A stretch of 64,000 nucleotides of DNA from Nageia nagi. Lineage: Eukaryota > Plantae > Pinophyta. Shown in pieces: positions 37,601-50,351 of the stretch (its first letter is position 1; each line of letters opens with the position of its first letter). Position numbers and translations under genes: made by a program. Where the stretch lies: assembly GCA_050084985.1 (NCBI GenBank), contig JBITNC010000002.1:2976001-3040000 (forward strand), given 5' to 3'. A model generated the notes under the pieces. It made no database searches. It had not been told where the DNA came from and saw nothing but the letters and a program-made list of their open reading frames with translations.

Positions 37601-40560
37601 GAATAGTAGCAAAAGCAAACGGAGTTGGGATAATGTTTCTACTTGATGTTGTAGCTTCCAACAATCAGGCACTCAATGTTCGTGTTGTGGATGTCATCAC
37701 TCTTTGGCACTGTACATTTGGACACATGAATCCAAACTACCTGACCTCTCTGCAAAAGAAGGATATGGTACGTGGTCTTCCATCCCTTACTTCTACTAAT
37801 GTTTGTTCTAATTGCATAGCAGGAAAACAACATAGAATCCCATTCGGTGATAGCACACATCGTGCTAAAGGACCTCTTAATGTGATCCATACCGATCATT
37901 GCGGACCCATCCAAACTAATGTTTTTGGGCTCAAATACTTTCTGTTATTTGTTGATGATTACTCCAAAAAAATGTGGGTGTGTTTCTTGAAGACAAAGGA
38001 CCAAACATTTTCCTACTTCAAGGAATTCAAGGAACTTGTAGAGAAACAAACTTCTCTTCACATTCATGTTCTCCGCTCATATCAAGAGGGAGAATACTTA
38101 TCAAATGAGTTTTCTGCATTCCTGAAGCAGCATGGAATTCGATGACAATTGACGTCTTACACACTTCAACAAAATGGAGTTTGTGAAAGGAGAAATCGAA
38201 CCATTTGAGAAATAGCAAGAAGCATGCTGAAAGGTGCAAAAATAGATGGAATTTTTTGCGCTAAAGCAGTGAATACTGCCACATATTTGCTGAATAGGTT
38301 ACCCACAAAAGCTCTTGATGGGATGACACTTGAAGAAGCATGGTTAGGAGAGCAACCCGATATCTCACATCTTCCAATGTTTGGTTGTATAGTCTACATG
38401 CACATTCCTAAGGAGTAAAGGAAGAGGATTGATGAAAAATCAAAGAGGTGCATCCTTCTCATGTATGATAATGAATCCAAATCCTATAGACTCATGGATC
38501 CTACTACTCAAAGAACTTACATCAACATAGATGTAATATTTGATGAAACTGATGAATCTTCAACTAGTCCACCTGCAGAGGTACCTAAACTTGACAATGG
38601 CCCCATAATCAATTATGATGATGAGAGAGAAGCTCCAATCGTGAATTTGCCACCTCAAAATGTCAGCAGACCTAAGTGGTACCAGAAGACATTGCAAGAT
38701 TTAAACTTGAGTGCTCCACCAGACACTTCTAGTTCCATACCAAGGACACGAAGCATGGCTTGTGAGGAAGTGAATTTGGCATTGATGAGCATAGTTGTGG
38801 ATACACCTGAACCTTAAACGATTTGTGAAGCTATTGAGCTATCGCATTGGAAGTTAGCCATGTAGGTTCAATATGATGCATTGATGAAAAATGGCACATG
38901 GAAGTTGGTAGATCTTCCACTAGAGAAGAAGGCCATTGGATGCAAATGAAGGTTCAACACCAAGTACAAAGCTGATGGGACACTCGATAAGCACAAGGCC
39001 CGAATCGTTGCCAAAGGATATGCTCAACAGGAAGTTATCGACTATCAGGAGACATTTTCTCCCACAACCAAGATAAAGACCATCAGAATTGCTTTTGCAA
39101 TGGCAACACAATTTGGCTGGAAAGTCCATCAAATGGATGTGAAAAGCACCTTTTTGAATGGAGACTTAGATGAAGAAGTCTACATCCAACAACCTAAAGG
39201 ATTTGTGATTGATCTAGGTAAAAGAAAAGTTTGTAGATTGATCAAGTTTCTATATGGCTTGAAACATGCTCCACGAGCTTGGTACGTGAAAATTTATTCC
39301 CATCTACTACAACATGACTTCAATAGGAGTCCATATGGTCCTAACCTCTACCCTCGACAACATGAGGGAAGATTGTCATAGTTGTAGTTCATGTCGATGA
39401 TCTAGTTATCACAAGCAGCACTAAAGAGTTGATCATATCTTGCAAAGATTACCTCAAATGATCATTTGACATGAGTGACCTTGGTTTACTTCTCTATTGC
39501 CTTGGATTGAAGGTTTGGTAGATGCAGGACTAGATATTTGTTTCACAAATGAAGTACACCAAGAAGCTATTGGAGAAATTTAGGATGACTGAATGCGAAC
39601 CGATGTCCATACCAATTGAACTTGGTTTACATTTGTCACGCCATGATTGTTCTCCACTAATAAATGCAACTCTCTACTGTCAGCTAATTGGAGGGTTAAT
39701 TTACCTAGCATATACCAGGCCAAATATTTGCTATGTCGTTAGCTATCTTTCACAATTCATGCATGAACCAAGGAAAGCCCATTGGATCATGGCAAAGCAT
39801 GTTTTGAGGTACATCCATGGCATTGATGATTATGGCCTGGAGTACAAGAAGAATGATAAGTTCGTCTTGTCTGGATACACGAATGCAGATTATGGAGGAT
39901 CCTTGGATGATAAAAGATCAATGATAGGATGTGTTCTTCCTTTGATTTGGACCGATTTCATGGGGTAGTAAGAAACAAAGCATCATATCTAGATCTACCA
40001 CAGAGTCGGAATATCATGCTGCAAGATACTATTTGTGAAGCAGTATGGTTACGTCACATTTTGATAGACATTGGAATTCCACAGAAGCAGCCTACTATTT
40101 TGCATTGTGAAAATCAAGGTGTACTAAAACTAGTTTGAAATCCTTGTTTTCACGAGCGCACCAAACACATTGAGATACAAGTGCACTTCATTTGGGATCG
40201 TATTTCACTACACAACATCCAGCTCCACTACATTTGCATGAAGAAGCAAATTGTAGATGTATTCACCAAATCTCTTGACAGTGAAAAGTTTGAATATTTT
40301 TGGAGCTTCCTCTCATGTTCGTTGAAGACCTAATATATTATGGGAGGGTATTAGAAATAAATAATACATTACTCTCAATAATAGATACTTTAGGTATCTA
40401 CAATAATGTAAAGCTACTAAATAATATTAGCCTACATAATAGTTTAGGATATTAAATATTTAGGGTTTATGGTTAATATTGTTATTATATGGGAATGCTT
40501 TCCGCATTATATTTAAACCCTTCTCTTCAATAATGGAAAATCTCTTGTTCATTTCCAATA
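34622..40560 (+). mobile_element. Full-length Ty1/Copia LTR retrotransposon with non-canonical TA...TA LTR termini
   Basis: LTRs at 34622-34830 and 40349-40560, both TATTAGAAAT...ATTTCCAATA. TSD TAAAT at 34617-34621 and 40561-40565. Perfect iMet PBS tggtatcagagc at 34831-34842. PPT tgggaggg at 40341-40348. Confidence 0.96.
36402..40335 (+). pseudogene. Copia gag-pol polyprotein, multiple stops and frameshifts
   Basis: Contains gag (LKGKNYASW...ELWDIV; knuckle CMTCGKKGHEL*DC), protease WYVDSG, integrase LWHCTFGH...HTDHCGP...FVDDYS, RT HQMDVKSTFLNGDL and RNase H FHERTKHIEI. Confidence 0.95.
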
Positions 40561-40769
40561 TAAATGTGTAAAAAAATGCTGAATTTGCCTCGAAAATGCC
40601 CAAAATCAGATTCATTAAAGATGAAAAAATGGCCAAAAAAACATGTAAAATGCGTGTTTAAATGAAAAAAAATAAAAAACACCATGAAAATGCAACGTAA
40701 CATGGGCAAAATGATTATCTGGGGGATAAATAGAAAAAAATAAGTTTTTTTTGCCATTTCTCTTTGTAG

Positions 40770-41577
40770 GCTTGAGGGGAGTAAGACAATAGTTGAGGGG
40801 AGTAAGAAAGGAGCTAAGAGGAAAGAAAAAAAGAAAGTATATTAATGTCCTCAGGTGACCAAAAGCGGTCAATGGGACTCAAACGTACAATTCTACTCAT
40901 GAAACCAGTAAACCCAAGTTGGGTAGCAACTTAGAGAAAAAAAACTTAAAAAACATAAAAGATGACAAAATAAAATACAACCACATAAAGGTCCAAACCC
41001 TAAAGGGAAGGAGATACAAAATCTGGTACATCCAAAGGGAGGTTGTCTTGGGTCTCTTCGGGGGGGAGGGGGGAGTATGGTGGTACTATCTGCTTCAGGA
41101 AAAGGTCCCATCGACCACCATGAGATGCATCTATGGTATTGCTGATGATAGAGAAAAATGATGTGATATGTTGAGTCCTCAATAGAGCATGGATGCTCTG
41201 AATACATCTCTTGGTCCGACGTATCGATTGTGTAGGCTCGTCTTGATGTCTCCTATAAGCCCTTTCAGGAGAGGGATCTTGAAAGAAGGATGTGATACGT
41301 CGAACCTCAAGCAGTTGCTGAGCATAGACTAGAAGGTGTATTTGAAGAAGGAAAGCCTCTCGATAATAGAGAGCCAAGAAACATTGGTTTGGATACTGAA
41401 GGAATGTAGCTAATGAGATGCGAGAATCTCAAAAGAGGCAATGGTATCGAACTCCGATCTCATAGAAGACCAAGCACCAAAAGAGGAAATGGTTCTCAGA
41501 TTCAATCTCAATAGAGCAAAGGCAACAAACTCGCAAATTGCGATCTACGTGGTGGTCTATCTCAAACCTCAACTGAG
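40770..41577 (-). mobile_element. 5'-truncated LINE (non-LTR retrotransposon) 3' end
   Basis: QLRFEIDHHVDRNLRVCCLCSIEIESENHFLFWCLVFYEIGVRYHCLF is an ORF2 C-terminal CCHC finger. It is followed by a presumptive 3' UTR ending in a short duplicated motif (ttgaggggagtaaga x2, ~40772-40807). Confidence 0.7.
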
Positions 41578-41787
41578 TAAAAAGATGGATTTTTATATAA
41601 TGTATCAATAGCTGTATTTTTCTTCCCCTTGATATACTGAATCTCAAAATCAAAGGATTGAAGTTTACTTACCCACCTTTGTTGTTTCTCACTCAGATCT
41701 GGTTGGCTATTGTGGTCACTCTTGATGATGAATGGACCACAAACTAGATATTGCTTGAACCTCTCCAATGCATGCATGATGGCCAAG

Positions 41788-44700
41788 TGCTTGGACAACA
41801 CAACCCGAAATACAAGATTTTGGGGACCCTATTTTTGCAAAGGCAATGAGGTGCATTGTCTTGAGATTGGCTTTTGGTGACAAATAGATCATTCTAAAGA
41901 GTGCATACATGATATCAGGGAGCGATTCAAGGAGATCTTGTGACGAAGACCTTGAAGAGTATCCAGTCACCGATTTTGCAACCAAGGAGCCAGGATCTGA
42001 GAGAGAGTATCAGAACATGGATTTTTGGTCTAGAGTGCAGCTAGTGGAGATGGGGTCGTTTTTACACCGTTTGAAGTTACAATTGCCAAGTGTGACGAAA
42101 ATGAGCGTTTTTGCAAAGTTTAATCCCAAGAGAAGTGGATGTAGCTAAAATAACAAAAATAAGCGTTTTTGTCAAGTATGAGCTCGGAAAGCTCAAAAAT
42201 GGTCATTATCACGAAAAGGTGTGTTTTGGTCGATTTTGAGCCCGAAAGTGGTCAATACAGTAGAAATGGTCGTTTTTGCACCGTTTGAGCCCATAAAGCT
42301 CGAAAATGGTCAAAAACACAAAGTTGAGCTCAAAATGGTTGGAAATACTCTAAAATGTCGGAAATGATTATTTTTTCACACTTAAGGCCCAGAAAGCTTG
42401 GAAATGGATACTTTAAGCCCGGAAGTGCCGGAATGATAGAAAATGACAAGTTTGAGTTTGAAAGGTGGAAATGGTCATTTTTGCATTGTTTGAGCTTGAA
42501 AATCATTGAAAAAGTAGAGTTTGAGCTTGGAGGTGCCAAAAGAGGCGTTTTGGTCGAGTTTGAGCTCGAAAAAGCGAAAATGCACAGATTGAGTTCAGAA
42601 TTGGTCAAAAATGAGAGTTTGAGTACCCCTAGCCCCAAGCACGTTTTCCTAAGGTATTGAAGACCCAAATGAGTGAAAATGGTGCATGTTTTTCAAAGAT
42701 AAATGCAAATGGTATCGGATTTCAAGTACAAGAGCATCATTAGAGAGATAAGGTGAATTCTATCACAATTGGGACTTGAAATTTTCAATTTTGACCAAGT
42801 CTAAGGCACTCAAATCCTAGGCGCAGTTTTTCAAGCCTATGGGAAAACCATAGAGATGATTTTTGGTGCCTAGATTGTGGAGGAAAAGTGGTAATGCATC
42901 ATAATTCAAATGTAAACGCATAGATGGATGGAAGAGGTGATTGTAAGGCACTTTAGGTCTTCAATTTTTTGAGTTTGAGCAAGTTTTGAGCCCCAAATTC
43001 TTAGGCGCAAGTTTCCAAATGATTCCAAATCCAATGGGCTGATTTTTGGTGCCTAGATGGACAAGATGAATTGTTTTTTGCTCAAAAAATACGTTTAGAT
43101 GCTTGGGAACAAAGAAGAGACCATTTCAAGCACATTTAGTACTCAAAATTTCGATTTTGAACACTATTAGGCACCCTCAAGGCTAGGTGGAGTTTTTCAA
43201 GGCTATGGGAATCCAATGGGGTGAGAAATGGTGCCTAGGATGGAAAAAATTGATAAATTTTGATCAAAAGTCAAGTTTGAGGACATAAGTACATAAAGAA
43301 GGTCATTTTGAGAAGGTTTAAACTTGCAAATTTTCATTTTTGAGCAAGTTTGGAGGCACAAAAAGCAAGGTGCAGATTTGGGGCTGATTGAAGATCCATA
43401 GGACTGAATTTTGGTGCCTAGGTTGGAAATTTTTGATAAATTTCACTCAAAAATCAAGTTGGACCCCTTCATTGCATAGAAAAAGGCATTTGAAGCACCT
43501 TTGACACTTGAGATTTTTTATTTTAGGCCATGGAAACCCATCAAAAAAGAAGGTGCAGATTTTCATGCCATTGGGAATCCATAGACCTGAAAATTGGTGC
43601 CTAACATGGGAGAATGTAAAGATTTTGCCCAAAAATCAAGTTTTTTGACATATTTGCAAGGAAAATGGCATTTTGAGCACATTTAATACTTCAAATTTTC
43701 AATTTTGAGCAACAAAAAGGCACCCAAAAGGTAGGCGCAGGTTTTCATGTCATTGGAAATCCAATGGAGTGAATTCTAGTGCCTAGTATGAAGAAGATTC
43801 AAAAATTTGCCTCAAAATTCGAGTTTTAGGGGTCAATTATATGGAAAACATGATTCTAAGCATATTTAAACTTGCAATTTTTCGATTTTGACAAAGGAAA
43901 GTGCCCCAAATTCCTAGGTGCAGGTTTGCTAATTTTTCCAAATCTAATGGCATGAAAAATGGCACCTAACTTGAGGAGCGATATCAAATTTTGCCCAAAA
44001 GATAAATGTTATAGTTTCATTGCATGGAAGGGAGGGCACATTTTGAGCACATTTAAACTTTGGAATTTTTGTATTTGAGCAAGTTAAAGGGCTCAAAAAT
44101 CTAGGAGGCATTTTTCATTCCTATGGAAATTTCAGTTTTTTCTACCAAACGAAATCCATAGACATGAAAATGGAAAAATTTGCCAAAATCCCAAATCCTT
44201 CACAAAACCTCCTAAAAAGCTCCAATACCTCTCAAAACTTGCCAAGTACTTTGTAATCCCATCCTCCATCCATCCATCCATGAGCTCAAATCCACTTTTT
44301 AAATTTTTTCCAAATTTCAGACCCCTATCTTTTTCGGAAAATTGACCAAAAAATCCTTTCAAAATCCCTTGAAAATTTGCCACAATATTCATATCACAAG
44401 CAAATCTAGGTTCAAAGAAAGGAGATTCAAACGACTATCAGAAGGATCTAGAACGAGGATTTGAAGCTCCAGTTTTATCCAAATTGATGCAAAATGCCTC
44501 AAAATGAGTGCTAGAGGGCATCAATTTTTGTAAATATTTTATTTTTAGCATATTTTAATGGGATGAGACTGTTCTCCCACTAAAACGATATTGATCTCAA
44601 TTTAGCATTCAAATTAGAAATTTTGAAACTTTTTTTAAGAATCAGGGCAACACCCTCAAATTTGACCTAAAAAGTCTATAAATAGACCATAGGGGGTCAC

Positions 44701-45609
44701 TTTTGAGGAAAAATGTTTTTAGTGAAAATTTGTGGAAAATTGGCAAATTGGTGTATCCTTGTAATTTTCACACAAATTTAATACAAAGTGGTGGAATACT
44801 TGAAACAAAAAGATTTGTCATTTGTGAGATTGTGGATTTGACCATTTTGGAGCTTTTTTGAGATGATGTAGTATCTTTCACGCTTTTCCTTGTAAATTCT
44901 TGAATTTTAGGAAATTTTTTTGAAATTTTTTAAAAGTTTTTGAATCACTCCCAATTCATTGCCCTTCCATAGTTTGCATAGTAAGTGAACGTATTCTTGG
45001 GTTTTCTTGTTTCTATGACATCAAATTAGATTTCTTCATTCGAAACAAAGTTTGTGCGCACTTGTCATGTTGTCTTTCTTTTGATTGCATCAGTCTTGCT
45101 TGCAGAGTATCGACGGTCAGCTCTCCTCCTCACTTCTCTTAAGAATAGATTGAATTTAGGTTATTCTATTTTTAAGTTGGAGGACTTCGAATGAAATTTC
45201 TTGAATGATCCTGAAGTAAGAGACCTTAGACACTGCTTCACTGTGACCTTTTCTTTGTCATCTCACCAGTATCGAAACATCCTCGTCCTTTTTTTCTTTT
45301 CTTTTCTTTATTTTATACTTTCTTTAAACATATGGCAACTTTCGAACTATTATAAGATAAAACACCTCAGTCCCTAAAAAAAACATGAGTTAATAGTTAT
45401 TACCTCTACTACACCACTCAGCTGATTCCCAAACAAGACCTACACAATTTAAAGCTCGTATTAACGACACGAGCTTTCTGATAGAAACCTTGGGGTATCG
45501 ATCCTTACAAGAGGAGTTCAGTAACGTGTTCTCACCTACATGTTGGGTTGCTTTCCCGTCTTGATTGTATGGGTGATTGCCGAGTAAGAGGAAAGTTTCC
45601 TTCCCAACA
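41788..45609 (+). mobile_element. Large (~3.8 kb) insertion, probably a solo LTR of an Athila/Tat/Ogre-type Gypsy
   Basis: Splits RNase H at the DKE(L)LAIMHA motif. Ends are TGCTTGG...CCCAACA. A TATA box tataaata lies at 44677-44684, downstream of internal tandem arrays. It has no coding domains, and the TSD is ambiguous. Confidence 0.7.
42770..44135. repeat. ~182-bp tandem repeat (about 7.5 units) inside the large insertion
   Basis: The anchor (g)gtgcctag recurs at ~42865, 43048, 43230, 43413, 43596, 43779 and 43961. Confidence 0.9.
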
Positions 45610-48600
45610 AGTTCCTTATCATCACACTAAAATTCCATTCTGCATTTGTTAGTTTGCTACTTTCAAATGCTATTGGCTATCCTTTTTGCATAAGTACAGC
45701 CCCAACACCAAGCTTAAGATGCATCACACTCAACAGTAAAAAAGAACTAAAAAATCAAGAATAGCCAAGCAAGGATAGGAACATAACCTTTTTGAGAATG
45801 TCAAAGGCATCTTGAGCACCCTCATCCCATACGAATGCATCCTTCTTGGTCAATTGCATCAAGGGGGCAGCCAAGTGTGAGAAACCACGTATGAACCTCC
45901 TGTAGTAATTGCATAACCCCAAAAATCCTGTTAGATGTGTCAATGTGGTAGGCATCGACGAATCCTAGATAGCTGCAATTTTCTACTCATCCACCCTAAC
46001 TCCCTCATGGCTGATTACATGATCCAAATACAGGATTTCAGTCATGCCAAACACACATTTGGATTGCTTAGCATAGAAAGTATGCTCTTGCAATGTGCTC
46101 AAAACGTGGTCCAAGTGTTGGAGGTGTTCCTCCCATGTTTTGCTATACACCAAGATGTCATCAAATAAAACCAACACAAACTTTCTCAATTGTTATTTGA
46201 AAACCTGATTCATGGCTGATTGGAAAGTGGTAGTCAATCCAAATGGCATAACTAAAAACTCAAAGTGACCATAATGGCATCTAAATGCAGTTTTGTGGAT
46301 GTCTTCCTCTTTCATCCTTATTTGATGATATCCTGACCTCAAATCAATTTTTGAGAAATATCTAGCACCATGCAATTCATCAAGAGATCATCTAATCTAG
46401 GGATGGGATACCTCTTTTTGATGGTCTTCTTGTTGAGCATGCGGTAGTCAATGTACATCCGCATTGACCTGTCCTTCTTCTTGACCAACACCACTGAAGA
46501 GGCAAAGGGGACCTTGAGCTTGGCCGTATAAATCCCATGTCCAACAATTCTTTGATAGTCTTCTCGATCTCATCCTTGTAGAACTTTGGATGCCAGTAGG
46601 GAGTGATCATGACTGGCTTTGCTCCTTGCTCCATCTCAATAGTGTGCTCGAATCCTCTAGAGGGTGGCAGCCCTTTAGGCAAATCTCCAAAAACATCCAG
46701 GTACTTGTCTAGGATGCATTGGACCTCTGCCAGCTGTGATTTTGCTTCCTCAGTGTACAGCGTGTGGCCTCCCTTGCCTAGGGTAAAGATGTAACCCCAT
46801 TCTATCTCATCTTTTCAAACGATGGAACTCATCTTCTTGGCTGACACAATTTGAGTACTAGCCTCCAATTTGTTACAAGCTGCTCCAGATCTGAGCAACA
46901 ACTTCTGCTCACTCTTTTTCTTCAGATCCAACGGAGTAGTTGAGTCTTTGGTACCCCTTGGTGGTCCAGATCCAGACGTTAGGGTCATGGCTCGCTCTCC
47001 TCCTCTAATGTTGGATTTTCTTCATGCCAGTACTCCGTAACCCAAAAGATCTTGATAAAGTTGGAAGGTGATGTCTCTTTGGAACTCTTTGGTGGTTCCC
47101 CGATAGATCTGGAGCAAAATTTCAATCTTTGGTAGAGCCTTGTGTGGAGAAACAGTTTTGGCCTCCCATGTCTGCCCTCTCTTCTTGCTCATCTTCTCCT
47201 CATGCCGTTCGCCCAAAAACCATAAGAGCTTCTCCCTTTCTTTTGAAGGGATCTTGTTGTCTTCAAATTTTTGAAGTAGCTGGCAGAAAACTAGCTTCCC
47301 GAATTCTAACTTTTTCACTGTGGCTGTAGATCTAGCTTCCATTTTCTCAAGCGGCAAGATCTTCAGCTATGATACCACATTGTAAGATCCCAAATACAAT
47401 ATCAAGTGCAAAGAAGCCAATTAATTATCAATTATAAGCAACTATACACCCATGTATGGACTAGAGCATCAAAATCAACCATAAATAAGCCCAAAATGCC
47501 AATGTCTCACATATACAAGCATGAATGCACCAAAATAGCCCAACGTTGCAAGTATGGAAGCATATACATAAAACACAGAGACAAATATTGAGATCCAAGA
47601 TGCCCAAAACTGTATTAATGATGAGAAATGGCAAATGATACAATACCAGGCCCAAAGGGCTCAATGTTGGCCTTCAAGGAGCCAACTAGGGCATACAAAT
47701 ATGCAAATGTGATCAATGTTGGAACAATGGATGTGATAGCCTCATGCCCTCAAGCCTAGATGCTTTGCTGCAAAACTCCCATGCCTGGAAAGGATTGAAG
47801 GTAGAAGTGCGACCTCGGAATACCACCAGATGGACTAAGATGCTACACCTTAGTCATAGATTAGCAAGATCCCTCAGCCTGCTAACCCTCCTAGATGCTA
47901 CACCTAAGGGAAGGTTACTTGATGTTGCACTAAGACTTGTGTCCACTGGATGGTAGGAGAAATATTATCAAATCAGGTATATCCATGCAATGATGCTCCA
48001 ATGCCTAATTTAGCTCAAGCCTAGATCTAGAACATCACCTCAGAATCATCCATGCCTTCCCTATCAAACGTTAGCCTCTTAGGGGCCCTCAAATGCCTCA
48101 AACATATCATAAATGCTCATGCATGGGGTGTAGAACCTCCCTAAGGTGTGACATGGGCCTCCAAGGGTGATGGGATTCCTCCAAGTCCAACACTGGGGTC
48201 CTATGAGTCCCCTCATGTCATGTGTTGGGTTTATAGGAGTCATACATGTGCCTAGATCCTATTTTCATGTCCATACAAGGCCTTAGAATTCCCACAATCA
48301 ATTCTCGGGATGTCCAAGTACATAAAATAACATTAAATCATGCTAGCCTACACTTGGGAGGAAAACATCCCACTTGGGGCTCATAGTGGGGTCTAACTGA
48401 CCTTTATTATTTCTATCCCAAGTACTAAAACTAATGCATAAATAAATAATTAAATATTTACAAAAAGGGGAATTCGTGGGATTCCATAATTAATTCTATT
48501 TTACAAAAGGGGATGTTACACGCTCTACTAATTTTGTTTTTGTAAGTGGTCCTACTTTTCTGCATGATCGAGATGTCAAAGATCAATTGTAAATTGAGAA

Positions 48601-50351
48601 AGACTAGGGAGAAACAATTGGCAAGATTGAAAAGACCCAGTCTGTAATATCCCCAAAAATAGTCAATGCATAAATTAGTCAAATTAAATACTTCAAATAT
48701 CAAACTAGCCCTCAAGCATGCCAACGTCTGATCTAGGGCATCAATTAGCAATCCAGGAATGTCAACGACTCACTCCTGAAGCACAAATGATACTAAATTG
48801 CCCAATGTCATGCACTGGGGCTCATTCACAATGCCAAATACATCCTGATATGCCAACAAATCACATATCCAAGCATGAATACACAAAATAGCCCAACATT
48901 GCAAGGATGGAAGCATACACATCAAATACAAACAAAAATATTGAGATCCAAGGTACCTACGGATGTATTAATGATGAGAAATAACAAATGATACAATACC
49001 AAGCCCAAAGGGCTCAACATTGGCTTCCAAGGAGCCAACTAGAGCACATGTAGTGCTAAGACAGATATCGAAAACTGGGTAGAACAACCACATCCTACTA
49101 GCACTGTGGATGCCTCACTGAATGGCTCCCTCATAGACTAGCTCTTGATGAAGAGATTGGGTGTGGTTCCAAAATGCCATCGAATGGATTCAGAGATGTA
49201 GACCACTTGTGGTCGCCACATTGGTGCTTGACACTGCCAAGTCTTTAGTTACTCCAAAGAGTATTCAATATAATAATCAAGTCTATCTCAGCTATGAGGC
49301 TCCTTAGCCTTATATAGCTCTTCCTAGATCTGGATCTCACCTAGGAGTCATCCCCAACCTCCTTAATCTCAACGTTGGCCTTTTAGAGGCCCAAGAACTC
49401 CAAAGTGGGTGCCTAGGGATCAGGCATGTCCAATGTGGGTACCCAAGGGTCATAAATGCTCAACGTGAGGTCCTAAGGTGCCACGCATGCCACGTGGGGG
49501 TCCAAGATGCAACATGGGTCTAGGAGTCATGCATGGGTGCAAGGGGGTCATCATGGGCCAATGTGGGGGCCTAGGAGTCTCCCCAAGGCTGGTGAATGTG
49601 TACAAATGCTTCCAATTCCAACGTTGGGGCAAGTAGGTGTTTTATCCATGTGCTAAGTGCTATACAAGCCTTGGGATTCCCATAATCATTTTTGGGATCT
49701 CCAAGTACATTAATAAATAAAAGAACATATCCTAGCTTGGGAGGAAAACATCCCTCTTGAGGCTCACAGTGGGGTCCAATGGACCATTATTATTTCTATC
49801 ACAAGTACTAACAACAAATACATAAATGAGTAAATAAATATTTACAAAGAGGGAATCTTTTAGATTCCACAATTAATTATCTTTTAACAAAGAGGGTATT
49901 ACAAAGCCTCCCCTCTTGAATTGCTTGCCCTCAAGCAATTGCAAAAGGCCAAGAATCATTGTCTTCCAAACATTCCTTGACTTTACTGCAGGTATCAACT
50001 GTGGCTCCTTGAGGTGGAATGCAACTTCAATAATTTTCCTCCATAACTCAACCCATGTAGCTTCTATTCTATTTTTGGCAATACACATTAAGCACAAAAA
50101 TCCCTGTAAATATTCTAGGACAACAATCCTTAGAAGACACAAGGATACATGCAAAAATTCTGATATGCTCATCCATGCTAAGAACCAAATTGTAGTAGTG
50201 ATCTTTCGTAAAAAACCTAGAAAATATACCTACAAAAACATAAAGAAGAGCAAGCATGAGTGAAAAAAGGTGGAGCCTTTGCTCCTTGGTAAATGCTAGG
50301 GCTTCCCCAAGCTCAACGTTGGGTGCCAAACTCCTCCTTTATCAACTTGGG

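Larger units (their letters stand above)
41578..48520 (-). mobile_element. Truncated Ty3/Gypsy (chromovirus-like) element with 5' LTR, PBS and RT-RNase H; gag/protease deleted; interrupted by a 3.8-kb insertion
   Basis: 5' LTR at 47381-48520 (family B) and PBS gctatgatacca at 47366-47377. RT ([37 protein letters not shown]) spans 46860-45610. RNase H resumes at 41787-41578 (LAIMHALERFKQYL...QRWVSKLQSFDFEIQY). The 3' LTR is missing. Confidence 0.9.
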
